Positions 38,563 through 51,213 of a stretch of DNA of 64,000 nucleotides are shown one piece after another. The notes beneath the pieces were generated by a model that saw nothing but the letters and a program-made list of their open reading frames with translations, did not search any database and was not told the DNA's origin. Location: NCBI GenBank assembly GCA_028534125.1, contig CM052817.1:12588001-12652000 (forward strand), in the 5' to 3' direction. Every line of letters begins with the position of its first letter. Position 1 is the stretch's first letter. The DNA is from Lama glama. Its lineage: Eukaryota. The position numbers and the translations under genes are program-made.

Positions 38563-39451
38563 TCCAGAAATTTCTCTAGAACTTGCATCATAGCGGTTAG
38601 TATAATATTCCCCCAAAATTATCACTTTAGTTTCACTGAAACCAGTTACATACATGAATGTTAATTACTTGTATTTTTATTAGTTTTGTAATTTGACTTA
38701 AAACTTATTTTGGTTCTAGAGTTGTATAAGAACTATAAGCATGAAGAGTTCATGTAGTTTTGTTTGCAAATTCAAGCATTATAAGTCTCTTAGAGACACA
38801 TATGGAGTCTAGGAGCACTTGCTTTTATTTAACAGAGGTCTATACTCTTAGATTTGAGAAACCCTCCACTAGATAATTATCTAAAAATTCTGGCTGTCAT
38901 GGTGGTGAGCTGGCCCTGAGTTTCATGAGTCTTCTCTGGGCTTCATCCATACTCTGTTTCTAAAATAGCAACTTCTCCAACTACTTGTGATGAAGGACAG
39001 GCTTTTATTTTTCCTTAATCGATCATTAATTCATACTCTTCAAAAAAACAAAATTATTATTAGAAAAATAGTTGCACATTTGGGTAGGATAACGATGTCA
39101 AATTGCTACAAAATTTCTAAATGTATACACTCGATTTCTATACTCATCAAAGGTCAGCAAAAACATGAGGTGGGTGAGAACCAGTTAAAGGACCACATTA
39201 GCATGGTTTCTATAGGATTCCTCTAGGGTATGAAAGTCACTGCAATGAGAGGAAGGGGAGAGATTATCCCTAAATTCAAGGATCACCTGGAGCCCTAGGG
39301 TGAACTGAGGAATGAGTAAATTCCTCCCTATTCCTTGGGCAAATACTCAGGATCCTTAAAACCTATGTTGCAAAGAATCTAGGTTTGGGGACTAGGGACC
39401 ACGTCTCTTCAGCAATACTTTTCAAAGTATATCCACTGACCACTAGGTTCA

Positions 39452-40140
39452 TGTACTCACTCATTCATTTAAATCATCATTTTTGAGCAGACAAGGTATT
39501 CCAGGAACTATTCTAGTTACTGGGGATACAAGCTTGAGCAAGACAAAAATCCCTGCGCTCTTATAATTTACCTCCTAGTAAGAGAAATTGGAAAATAAAT
39601 AAACAAGAAAAAAATGTAGAACACTGATCAGCGTTATGCAGGAAATTAAAATAGCACGGTTTGGTAGACAGTGAAAGAGGGGCAAGTTTCGTCTGGGTAG
39701 CCAAAGAAGCCCTAAAATACGAATGATACAGCAAAACGAGCCACAATTAGCAAAAAGCGTTCCAGGAAGGAAAAAACTAAAACCAGGAAGTGGAAGGTTC
39801 TCAGGGTAGCAACAATCTTGGGGAATTAGAAAAGCAGAAAAAAAGGTCCTTGTGGCTAAACTGTTGCAGGAATAAGGAGAGTAGTAAAAATAAAATCATA
39901 GAAGTAATCAGGGAACAAATAACATACGGCTCTATGTGTCAGTGAAAAGGAATTGGATTTTACTCAATGTTCAATGGAAAGACGATGGAGGGTCTGAATG
40001 GTCTGACATGTTTTTAACGTCACCATAGTGTCTTTGTAGAGAAAGAATGCCAGAGTGAAAGCCATCCACACCAAAGAAACCTTGAATTTGGGTGGTGATG
40101 TTGACAATGACACAAAGTGGATATATTTGGGATATGGTTT
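39452..40140 (-). mobile_element. L2 3' region
   Basis: cactcattcatttaaatcatcatttttgagc...ccaggaactattctagttactggggatacaagc...caagacaaaaatccctgcgctc...ttggattttactc...atggaaagacgatggagg. Confidence 0.85.
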
Positions 40141-40603
40141 AAAAGAACATCTATATTTTGAGTTTGTGGGAAAGAAGGTGCCAATAGTTGAACAGTTCTA
40201 AACCTCTACTTCAAGAAACAATGAAACCATTAACATTTCCAGATAGAGAGATAGGCAAGATAGCACTCTGAAAATTCATCCTACTAGCAAATAGGTCAGT
40301 GAAACAATCAAATCCTCAGTAGATATATGAAGCAGTGACCCATGCACACTGCCGCTTTAGGAAGACAAAAACGTTGGCACCACAGAAGCAGATTATACCA
40401 GTTAAAATCTCTGAGCTCTGTTCCAGTCATCAGCAACGTCCACAATATCCAGAGATACTATTTCCCGAGCTCCTTGACATGTGCTGTTTGGATCCGTTGG
40501 TCGAACTCTTAATTTCTGAGTTTGTCCTTCTGATATAACTGCTGAAAACTTGTTCATGTCTTTTCATTTCACTGCTACAATAATAACTAAGTTTATTAAA
40601 ACC

Positions 40604-41141
40604 TGTAGCAGATACTTCTACTACCCATGTCACGTTCTCCATGGCCTGCCTCTAATCTCAGCTCTAGCAAGAACTGGCTTTTGGTCCCTAGGACCTCAGA
40701 CCCTGACAGCATTTGGTCTCAAATTTATATCCTACATCTTTTTGCTTTATGCCTTGGAAGTTTTAACTCAAAGGAGCCTGCTCTGTTGGCAGAGCTAATT
40801 GAGCCCCCAAACACAACTACAGCCTGGATGTGTGAGAGGGTTAATCATGCAGGGAAACACTCAACCAGTGGAGAGGACTGGCTGAATGTCCTTCTGCCCT
40901 TTAAGTCACCCAATCTAGGAAACATTCAGTTTGCCCCCTAAGCAGTCGCAGCCACGCTGGGTACCTGATGCCCACAATGGTAAATGTTATAATACATCCT
41001 TTTATTAAATTTTATTTCTTCCCTCTTCTTATCACAGTTTCCCTGGTTCTTCCATTTTTCCCTCTGGATTTATTTCTCATATGAGTTACCTGAATACAAC
41101 CCCTGCTTGAGCCCCTACTTTTGGGACAATCCTAGAATAAG
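40604..41141 (+). mobile_element. ERVL LTR (LTR16-like)
   Basis: tgtagcagatac...cagcctggatgtgtgagagggttaat...ctcaaccagtggag...gcccacaatggtaa...ctacttttgggacaatcctagaataaga. Confidence 0.75.
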
Positions 41142-41149
41142 AAAAATAA

Positions 41150-41365
41150 CTATCTCCAGTAAATCATCTGTAAAATATTTTCCTTATAATTTCTTTAATT
41201 CTCACCACAATCAAAAAGTAATACCTTATTTTTCCTATTATCTGTTAAGAAATTTAAGATTCCAAGAAATTAACCAACTTGTTCAAAGTCCCATAGCGAG
41301 TAGGCAATGAGGCCAGAATTGCAAACACATATGTCTGACTGCAATAGAGCATGTTTTCACTCTAC
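41150..41365 (-). mobile_element. MIR
   Basis: tttaattctcaccacaatc...aacttgttcaaagtcccatagcgagtagg...gaattgcaaacacatatgtctgact. Confidence 0.7.
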
Positions 41366-42096
41366 ATTCTACTGATGCTACAAGATATATTTCATTCAAT
41401 TTTGGCTTGGTATTTTGGCAAAAGCTTTCCTACTCTGGTCTTGCTCTGGGCTTTATCTCTGGTGTTCACTCTTGATTTACTCTTTTCTGGGATGTCTCTA
41501 ACCCCTGATTAGGATGGCTCATATCCCCAGAGAAGCCCCCACCACTCCTACGTGACATGGCTTAGATTCCAGGGCAAGCAGTGCTTATGGATTAAAAAGA
41601 GCTTGCCTTTATAGGTGGTAATCTTGAGTAAAGATTAGCGATGCTTGCTTTGAATTTTTGGCTCTGGTGAGCATCAGATTAGTTCTTATAAAGATCACAA
41701 GCAATTTTTTTCTGTCTTTCTTTAGATGTTTTTCTTAATTTTCAATTTAAGCTATGAATTATTTTTAGCTTATTATACTGCCTTAATACTATTGTGAGAT
41801 TATAATTTTTAGAAACCCTTAATGAATGGAAAATTATGAATTCCCACATATTGTGTTTTTTTTTCCCTCTGAATAAAATAAAAAATAGATACTGTGGGAT
41901 TTAAAATTCTTTAAGTACTACCTGCTGGGTAACTTAAATTATGTACATTTTTCTATCTTTTTGAAGCTATGAAATCATATTTTATTAATTTCCATAAACT
42001 GAGTAAGTTTCTTTCCTCAAATTAGTAGCTAGGAACAGCTATAATTTATTGAGCTGTTACTATGTATTAACTGCTTTTCATGCATGTCAAAAGAAC

Positions 42097-42412
42097 TGTT
42101 GATTGGCTAAACCAATGCCCAATATTCATTCCTAAACTCATTTTCTCACCTCCATTATAGAGGCTGGAAACATAATCACATTTCTAGCCCCCTTTGTCAG
42201 ATAACCACACAACATAATTCTGGCCTATGATACCTAAGTAGACCTCTATTGGCGAGGAGCTTTTAGGAAGGTTTTGCTATTCCTGATGAAAGGAGTAGAT
42301 AAGGCTGGGATGACCAACCGTCACTTCTTTTCCTGTGTTGAATATGTATTTGATGCCTAGAGCTGTGGCAGCCATCTTGTGCCCTTGAGGTGAAGACCAA
42401 GAGGATCACATT
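42097..42412 (+). mobile_element. MaLR LTR (MLT1J/K/L-like) 5' part
   Basis: ttctggcctatgatacctaagtagac...ggaaggttttgctattcctgat...tgatgcctagagctgtggcagccatcttgtg. Confidence 0.75.
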
Positions 42413-45304
42413 TTGATCAACAGAATAGTCATACAATGTTTCCTGTATATTTAAGACTTCAGGAGGCACTACAGAGAGCATAGATGTTAACAGGATTCTT
42501 GCACTAAAAACGTTATATTTGTAGATGTGTTGCAAGAATAGGAAGGAGAGTATGGTCAAAATTTTATAATAATTTGGTGCCATGATAGTTTCCAAGGGAG
42601 AAGATTCAGAGATCTTGCCAGTGCAAAGCACAGAGAGCTAGTATCATTGTGGCCCTGGCACAGGGTTCCACTGACAAGTACGCTGATTTGGGGAACCATC
42701 CTTCCCATCAACACCCTCTCCTCCTTACGAAGAGATCTTTAGTCTTTGTCCCACCACCTAGGGAACAGCCCAAACAGACAGACTATGCATTCCAGATCAG
42801 CATCAGAGAGGGAGTCTGAATTTAAGAGATGAAAAGCATTATTATCCCTTCCAATTGCTAAAAGCTCAGAAAGGAACAATATTTTCATCCAAATTGTCTG
42901 GCTTTCATTGTACATATTAGAGCCAGACATGGAGTAAACCAGATGCAATTTGAGACTTGTGGAATTTATTTCTCAGCCAAGCAAGAAGCTGAATTAATAG
43001 ACTTTTACTTTTACTTTTGTTGAAATGAAAAAGCTGAAGATTCTCCAGCATACTCCTACCAGATGGCATGCTCTATTGCCTACAATTTTCTCCCTGCTGT
43101 GGATCATCTCCAACTTGGCCTATTCAAAGGTGAAGAGAAAAAATGCGTATCTACCTATTTGCATGGTAATCAAAGCAGAATAGAGAGAAAAGATCAGTGT
43201 GCAGTGTGCCTACTTCCAGCTAAGGCTCAACTTGACCTAACTGTACAAATCTTTCAGATTCTGGTAAGATAAGATATGTCTTCCTGAAATTTAAAGGCTT
43301 AAATACTTTTTGATATGGCAGTTACAGTGCATGGACGTTTAATGGCTAATAGCCTAAATATAAGAGAATGTTCTGATAATGATGCGGTCTATGAGTGATG
43401 ATGAAAATTAAGAACTTAATATAATCACAACTAACTGAAGAAATTCACTACTTTAAAGACAGTGTTTAGATTGGAAGCATTGATTTGTTATTCATATTTT
43501 TATATGGGATCTCTTAGAAGTTTCTGCTGTGTCACAAAATGAGAGACTAATCATCTTTAGAGTTATAAAAATAGTAGAATCAGAGAAATGTATTATTGAA
43601 AGCTATATTTAGGTCAGTCTGAATTAAAATCTCCATTTTACACTTTAAATGAGGGGTGCAGAGAAGTGAGAAATTTAACACTAAATTAGAAAAGAGAATG
43701 CGTATATAGTGAATTGAGTGTGAATTTCAATCTCACCCCAAATAATGGATCATTACAAGTAGCATATTTCTGATGACATCTACAAAAATATCAGTAAATA
43801 CGATATTGAGAGTTTTCAAAATAGCTGGTGATTTTTCAGGGTGGTCCAGCTCTGTTAATCCCAGCTTTGACCCACTTTTTGTATCTACTTGCTGGAAAAG
43901 CAAATGATCATTTATTTACCACAGTAGAAACTGACGTTAGTGAAGTAGAACCAATCCCTTTACAAGTTTTACCTGTTCCCACATTGATTTAAATAGCTAG
44001 AGACCATCTATAATTTATTTCACTTTGCCAAGAAGTGTACCCAGATATCAGACTTTAAAGAGGAAGCACTGAATGTCATAATTCTTGAAATATATTAATT
44101 GGAATGTGGTCCAGCATTTTATAGGTCATGATCGTGTATGTCAACTTTCTTTATCTCCATTATGTTTCTTTCCATTGCAGGTCTGTGTGTAACTTTCTCA
44201 GGTTTCTATGTCCATGGAGAGCCTTTCTAATTGATGTTTGGATTACCTGATAACCCCGGACTGTGACAGAGCAAGAAGAGTATGCTCTGTTTCCTTTACC
44301 CTTTACAAGTGTCTTCCCCGATGGATGCATTTAATCGGAGGCAATGATTCCACAAAAAGCTATACAGAGATAAATCAGGATAGAGGGATGGATTCTGAGA
44401 AGTCACAAAAAGAAAAACAAAATCCACATTTTATCCACCACAAGGCAAAATTAGAACTCAAGCCCCTGTCATCTCACCATTGTCCTTTGGCTACTTCAGT
44501 CCCTGCATTTTTCTTATATTCTCCAAACACTGACCATTTTCATCCAAGAATTAAGTTGTTTGGCTTGATATCCTCATAAGAGTATCTCTCTCTGTCGCTC
44601 CCTCTCTCTCTTTTAATATTTTCTATAAATTACAAGACTCATTTCTGGTTCTGGTTTGCTGTTAGAAATATCACATTTATCAGGTGAGTGGTCTGTGTGG
44701 TCTCTCATTGTTCTATTAAATATTGCCTCAAATGTGATTTTTCATATTTTCTCCCATCTTCCCAAACTGCCTTATCATATCTGCCAGCTGTTTAGAGAAT
44801 TCATTCTTGAGCAGTGTCAGATTATCAACATTAAAATTGTACCTGTTAAGCTTTTTTTTTTTTTGGAAAGTGATTCAAGTCTTACTTTTTTTTTTTAATT
44901 TTACAGTCATGATTCACTTCTTCCATTCATTTCTCAGTGTGGACATTAAATTAAAGTTAGCTTCTATTTATTTTGTGTTTTGGAAGTACCTATAATTTGC
45001 AGCAATATTTATGGGGTAAAAGGAAGTGTTAGGTGTTAAACTCAATAGGAAATTGAAGCAGAGGGATTTATAGCTTGAGGGGAAAGCACTGATGTCATCA
45101 AACATAACTCATTTATTTGCAAATAAAAAGCCAAAGGCATCCATCCCATCCTTTACCAGCTCTGTAACCATGTTTTTGATATCTTTAAATAAACTACATA
45201 AATGCAAAGTATAGAATTTTTTTAAAATTTTCTTTTATTTTTCTGCTACAAATCTTAACTTTTTCTTACCCATTTACTGAAGATAGAAGATACTAGTGTA
45301 CTTT

Positions 45305-45693
45305 TGTTGCCAAGTTCAACCTCATTCTGCTCGCCGCACAACAGGCCAATAATCGGGAGACGAGGTGTTGGGGCAAGGAATAGCGGCTTTATTCGGAAAG
45401 CCGGCAGACCCAGAGGATGGCAGACTAGTATCTTGGAGAACCATCCTGCTCTAATCAGAATACAGGCTCCTTTTACACAAAAAATAAGGGAGGGGCTGTG
45501 GTTGATTGTTGCAATCTCCTTGCTGCAGGCATTCTTTGTTCTTGCAGCCGTCCCCGTGGGCCAGGTCACGGTGTCCCTGCAAACCTCCAACAACACAAAG
45601 GTTATTCTCTACTATAATTTTCAGTCAAGGTCAAGGAGCTCAGCCATTCCCTTTGCCCAAAACTGGTCCCTGATTCCCAAATTCCCACATTCA
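45305..45693 (-). mobile_element. ERV1 solo LTR sharing R/U5 with the MER41-like family
   Basis: Reverse complement of tgttgccaagttcaacctcattctgctcgccgcacaacaggccaataatcgggagacgaggtgttggggcaaggaatagcggctttattcggaaagcc matches the 3' ends of the 26885 and 53250 copies. Confidence 0.85.
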
Positions 45694-46127
45694 GTGTATC
45701 TTGTGTCCATGTCAGTGCCCTTCATCGACTGCTTCTCTGACCACCGAAAGTGCAACAATTAACTTCATCTGAACAAAACTGTAACAGAAGAGATTCTTAT
45801 AAAAGGCCAGAAAAGGAAATATTAGTTTTCAGTAGATACTCTTCTGTGTATCAAATATGATGAAACCCACTTGGTGAAATATTCTGAATAATCCATTCTG
45901 TTCTAGAATTGCGCAATGGCTTTTTCCTCCCTTTGGCTTTCTAAGTCAACAGACGGAAAATCTCTCACTCTCCTACATGCTTGGCTATTAAACTTTCAAT
46001 ATACTGCCAAAAAATATCTTGTCAAACAAATAACCAGATATACCGCAGAAAGCGAATTCTAGAATGATGAAGTAAAATCTAATCATGCTAATAGTTATGA
46101 TGTTAGAGTGGTAATAGTGAACGGCTT

Positions 46128-46150
46128 TGTGTGTGTGTGTGTGTGTGTGT
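46128..46150. repeat. (GT)n microsatellite
   Basis: Direct reading. Confidence 0.95.
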
Positions 46151-46427
46151 AAGGTATTCCATGCGTAACAAGCCTGAAGCAGTTTAAGTTTCATTTAATT
46201 TTTTTTTCTTGAATCTGAGTCATACCTTACAAAATTCCAGGGGCTTTCATTCGTTTCCCCAAATGTACACCCTTGTGAAAAAAATGCCCTCTTGGTTGTT
46301 AGGATAAGCTGCTTAGATTTGATTTCCTTTAGCCTCTGGTCAAGAAGAGAAAGGCATTTTTAAAATTTCTGTTTTTTCATTTTTGACATGGCACTGAAAG
46401 GTGAAGTTCAAGCAGACACTGTTCACC

Positions 46428-46545
46428 AAAGAAAAGAAGAGGAAGGTTGAGGGCTGGGGGATGAGGAGGAAGAAGAGAAAGAGAAAGAAGAGGAGGACAG
46501 GAGGAAAAGGAGGAGGAGGTAAAGGAGGAGTAGGAATAGGAGGAA
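46428..46545. repeat. Purine-rich low-complexity tract (GGA/GAA)
   Basis: Direct reading. Confidence 0.85.
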
Positions 46546-46593
46546 CTTCGCACTGTATGCAAAAGAAGTTCTGTTTTATAATAATTAGAGATA

Positions 46594-47093
46594 NNNNNNN
46601 NNNNNNNNNNNNNNNNNNNNNNNNNNNNNNNNNNNNNNNNNNNNNNNNNNNNNNNNNNNNNNNNNNNNNNNNNNNNNNNNNNNNNNNNNNNNNNNNNNNN
46701 NNNNNNNNNNNNNNNNNNNNNNNNNNNNNNNNNNNNNNNNNNNNNNNNNNNNNNNNNNNNNNNNNNNNNNNNNNNNNNNNNNNNNNNNNNNNNNNNNNNN
46801 NNNNNNNNNNNNNNNNNNNNNNNNNNNNNNNNNNNNNNNNNNNNNNNNNNNNNNNNNNNNNNNNNNNNNNNNNNNNNNNNNNNNNNNNNNNNNNNNNNNN
46901 NNNNNNNNNNNNNNNNNNNNNNNNNNNNNNNNNNNNNNNNNNNNNNNNNNNNNNNNNNNNNNNNNNNNNNNNNNNNNNNNNNNNNNNNNNNNNNNNNNNN
47001 NNNNNNNNNNNNNNNNNNNNNNNNNNNNNNNNNNNNNNNNNNNNNNNNNNNNNNNNNNNNNNNNNNNNNNNNNNNNNNNNNNNNNNNNNNNNN
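46594..47093. other. Assembly gap of exactly 500 N
   Basis: Run of n characters. Confidence 1.
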
Positions 47094-49318
47094 CTTTGGA
47101 TAAACATCTACTTAGTTCCTCTGCTCATATTGTAATGGGACTGTTTCTGTTTTGGCTATTGAGTTGTATGAGTTTATATATATATATATATATGATATTT
47201 ACCTCTCATCAGGTATACAGTTTGAAAATATCTTCTCTCATTCTGTAGGTTACATTTTTATTTTGTTGATTATGTTTTTTTCTATGCAGAAGTTTTTAGT
47301 TTGCTTTAGTTTCACTTTTTAATTTTTGCTTTTGTTGCTTTGCTTTTGGTGTGACAGCCAAAATAGTGTTGCCAAAATAAATGTTAAGGAGTTTCTTCGC
47401 TATGTTTTATTCTAGGATTTTTATGGTTTCAGGTCTTATGTTTATGTCTATAATCCACTTCAAGTTAATTCTTGTTAGCTGTTTTAGTAAGAGTTTCATT
47501 TCATTCTTCTGCTTATGTTTATACAGTTTTCCTAGCATCATATATTAAAGAAACTAGTCTTTCCCCATTAAGTACTCTTAGCTTCCTTTTTAAATGTTAG
47601 TTAACTGTATATGTGAAGGCTTATTTCCTGATTCTGTTTTATTGGTATTTCTGTTTTTGATGCAAGTACCATACTGTTTTGATTCTGTACCTTTGTAATA
47701 TATTTTGAAATTAGCAATCATGGTGCCTCCAGCTTTGTTCTTTTTTCTTAAGATTCCGTGTGCTATTTGGGGTCTTTTGTAGTTCCATACAAATTTTAGG
47801 ATTTTTTTTTCTATTTCTGTGAAAAATGCCATTAGAATTTTGATAAATATTGCATATAATCTGTAGATCGGTTTAGGCAGTATGGACATTGTAGCAATAT
47901 TAATCTTCCAATCCATGAGCATGAAATATCTTCCCTTTTTTTGTGCTTTCTTCAATCTCAGTCATCAGCATTTTACAGGTTTCTTATATAGATCTTTCAC
48001 ACCCTTGTTGAAATTTATTCCTATGTATTTTCTTCATTTTGATGCAGCTATAAATGGGATTGTTTTCTTGATTTATCTTTCTGATAGTTCATTATCAGTG
48101 CATAAAAACACAACTGATTTTGTATGTTCATTGGTATCCTGCAACTTTACTGAATTTATTAGTTACAACAGTTTTTGGTGTTTTTTTTTTTTTTGGTAAA
48201 GTTTTTAGGGTTTTCTATATACATCATGTAAACTGCAAACAAAGACAGTTTTACTTCTTCCTTTCTTACTTGGATAACTTTTATTCCCTTTTCTTGACTA
48301 ATTGCTGTATCTATAACTTCCAGTGCAATGTTAAATAAAAGTAGTGAGAGTGGGCATTTTCATCTGAACTTCTTAGAGGAAAAGCTTTCAGGTTTTCACC
48401 ACTGAGTATGATGTTAGCTATGGGCTTGTCATATATGGGTCTTTATAATGTTGAGGTACGTTCTCAGTTTGTTGAGAATTTTCATCATGCATGGATGGTG
48501 AATTTTGTCAAATAATTTTTCTGCATCTACTAAATTATATGATTTTTATTCTTTTTTGTTTGTTTGTTAAAGTGGTACACCACATTGATTGATTTGCATA
48601 TACTGAATCTTCCTTACCTCCCTGGGATAAATTTCACTGATTGTCATGGTATGTGATCCTTTCAATGTATTTTTGAACTTGTTTTGCTAATATTTTCTTG
48701 AAGATTTTTCCATCTGTGCTTATCAGGGGTATTAGACTGTAATAATATTCTCTTGTGTTTTCCTGCTTGGTTTTAGTATCAGGGTAATGTTGGCCTCATA
48801 AAATGAATTTAGAAGGGTTCTTTTCTATTTTTTTTGGAAGAGTTTCAGAAGGATTGGCATTAATTCTTCTTTAAATGTTGAGGAGAATTCACCAGTGAAG
48901 CTATGTGGTTCTCTCCTTTTCTTTGTTGGGAGATTTTTTATTACTGATTCAATCTTTCTACTAGTAATTGGTCTGTTCAGATTTTCTATTGTTTGTGATT
49001 CAGTCTTGGTAGTTTGCATGTTTCTAGGAATTTATCTGTTTCTTCTAGGTTGTCCAACTTGTTGATATATGATTATTTATAGCAGTCTCATATGACCTTG
49101 ATATTTGTTTGATGTAAGTTTAATATCTCCATCTTCATTTCTAATTTTCCTTATTTGAGTCCTCTTTTTTCCCTTGGTAATTCTTGCTGAAGTCTTACCT
49201 ATTTTGTTTATCTTTTCAAAACACCAGCTTTTAATTTCATTAATCTTTTCCATTGTCTTTTTTTGTCTCTATTTCACTGATTTCAGCTCTGACCTTTGCT
49301 ATTTCCTTTATTCTACTA
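47094..49318 (-). mobile_element. L1 ORF2 remnant (Z domain and reverse transcriptase region), frameshifted and dead
   Basis: ORF fragments MSILPKPIYRLYAIFIKILMAFFTEIEKKILKFVWN, LNRPITSRKIESVIKNLPTKK...FTGEF...FKEELMPILLKLFQ and KEIAKVRAEISEIET; RT motif FADDM reads FAVYM at 48225-48239. Confidence 0.96.
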
Positions 49319-50440
49319 CAAGGAAGCCTGGAGTGGGCCATAGGGACAATGTGAAGACAATGCCTGCCGGCCTCGCCAGAGGGTCTTAAGGGAGGATCAC
49401 AATCAGGCCCTAGATGTGTAATAAATAAGAATCCTGACCCGCAGGCAGTAGTTTTTAAGGTATGCAAATAGGTCTTTTCCAGGGAAAGACTAGAAGGTGA
49501 GTTTTTCTGGCTGCTCCCTTTGTATTTGGCACTGAGGGGATAAACACAGCAAGTCGTCCTGAGCCCACTAAGAAATATTCCTTTGTTTACTCTAGTCTTG
49601 TGTGTCTGATTAATTTTCAAAGCTAGGTGATTTGGTGGTGGGAGGGGGGACTTCCATCAGGTGGAAGTCTTAAAACTTATGGCTCTAGATATTGGGTCTA
49701 AACCCTTCGCTCCTTAAGGAGAAGCTGGGAACTGTGAGTCCCTTTCCTATATTATGTTACTGTGCCGGGGTGTGGTTTATGGTGACAAAGTTTCTCAGCC
49801 TTTCCTACCTATTTCAATTGTGAACGAAAAATACGGCAAACCACATCAGTAAACAAAGAATGCTGAAACCATCAAGTCATCAGCCACTGCCGCCAACCAC
49901 CAGTGAAGACAAGCCTGCAGCCCGACCTCTGCAGCCACTCACAGTGGTGCCCTCTGAGGGGACTCAGAATAAGAAAGGACAGGATACTGGCCCTAGATAG
50001 CTGGGTGCTTGTCAAAGGAATGAATTCAGTGAGCCCAAATGTTTCCTTCCTCCCAGACATAGAAAAGCGCTAATTTCTTTAACTTGAGATGCCTGGTTTT
50101 CTTTAGATAACAAGTAATCTTTTATTGTTCCAACTACCTGGTCTTTGCTGTAAAGCTCCTATATATGCTGGCTCCTCCCCTATGTCTGCAGAGCAGTCCT
50201 TCAGAGCCATCTGAGAGGCTGTCATCCCTGCTCGAGTCCTCCTGCCAAGTAAAACTTAACTCTCAACTTTGAGACTGCGCATTTATTTCAGTCAACACAA
50301 TACAGGTGATTCTAGTTTACCTGATGTGTAACTCAGTTTCTGGATTTCTTCCAGTAGCAATTGTTCATGTGCAGCTGCAGATTCAGCGTGCCCGTGGTAA
50401 GAAGTGAGACCAGGAGCCTTTCATGTTGCTGTCCTTGCCT
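49319..50440 (-). mobile_element. L1M-type 5'UTR, split by an LTR
   Basis: ttttaaggtatgcaaataggtcttttccagggaaagact; aaacccttcgctccttaaggagaagctggg; gtgagaccaggagcctttcatgttgctgtccttg resembles the L1M 5' terminus. Confidence 0.7.
49819..50297 (+). mobile_element. ERV1 solo LTR (LTR39-like cetartiodactyl family)
   Basis: tgtgaacgaaaaat...cctatatat...agtaaaacttaactctcaac...ttcagtcaaca; perfect 4-bp TSD caat at 49815-49818 and 50298-50301. Confidence 0.9.
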
Positions 50441-50639
50441 GACTATGTTGTTTTTAAATTCAAGACACAATTCTGGCAAGTGTCTGGCTTCTTCAATTGA
50501 CATTAGGTAAATGGCTGAATCTCTTAATGAACCTAATGACTACCTAACTCAATTCTAAAATCTAGTATGCCAGAGGGATTACCTTTTTGTGTTATTTTAA
50601 AAATTGTGAGATACACATACAAAAGGGTATCCAAAATGT

Positions 50640-51171
50640 TGTGTGACACAACGGGGTTGGGGGGACACTGGTTGGTGACATGGTGACCTACAGGTTGGGA
50701 AAAGAATTTGCCAGAGGTTAAGTATCAGAACAGAAAGGAGTTTATTAGGGTTCACTGTCATAGGCAACAGCAGGCCACACAGATGAGAGGTGTCTGTGTG
50801 AGCAGCAGGGTGACGAAGAGGGGAAAAGTTCAGTGGTTACACTGCTATCGGCAACAGGGGGCCACACAGGCAAGAGTTACCTGTGTGAGCATCGAAGGCC
50901 GGTGATTGGGGTGTTTTATAAGGTAGGGTCACAAGGTGCCTGATCCGCTTGGACATAAGTCTGACTGGTTGTAGGTGAGGTAAGAGGTTCAGGGTCGGTG
51001 AAGGGTGGTGGGATTTGACTCTGATAAGGTAGGCATTGCCTGGAGTTATTCAATTGTTAGGAGAAACACGCCCAGTAAAGAATGTACTTTATCTGTTGAA
51101 AGACCACAGACGTCTGAGAGCCCAGGAATGGGGGTCCTTGGACTTCGAAGGACTTCAGTGGGCCCAGCAGG

Positions 51172-51213
<42 letters not shown>

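Noticed and set aside
43056..43069. CTCF-like motif ctaccagatggcat (another at 49947-49960)
   Set aside because: Partial matches of this quality are expected by chance in 64 kb; needs ChIP or conservation data
44160..44300. Strong-looking splice acceptor tttctttccattgcag
   Set aside because: No recognisable coding frame or convincing donor follows; such sites are common by chance
45255..45762. 152-aa and 113-aa overlapping ORFs
   Set aside because: They lie across a solo LTR and show no recognisable protein features
46340..47135. 255-aa and 244-aa ORFs
   Set aside because: Artefacts of reading through 500 N and low-complexity purine sequence
47590..49620. Functional reverse transcriptase gene
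   Set aside because: Fragmented by stops and frameshifts; catalytic FADD reads FAVY; ORF1 and endonuclease are missing
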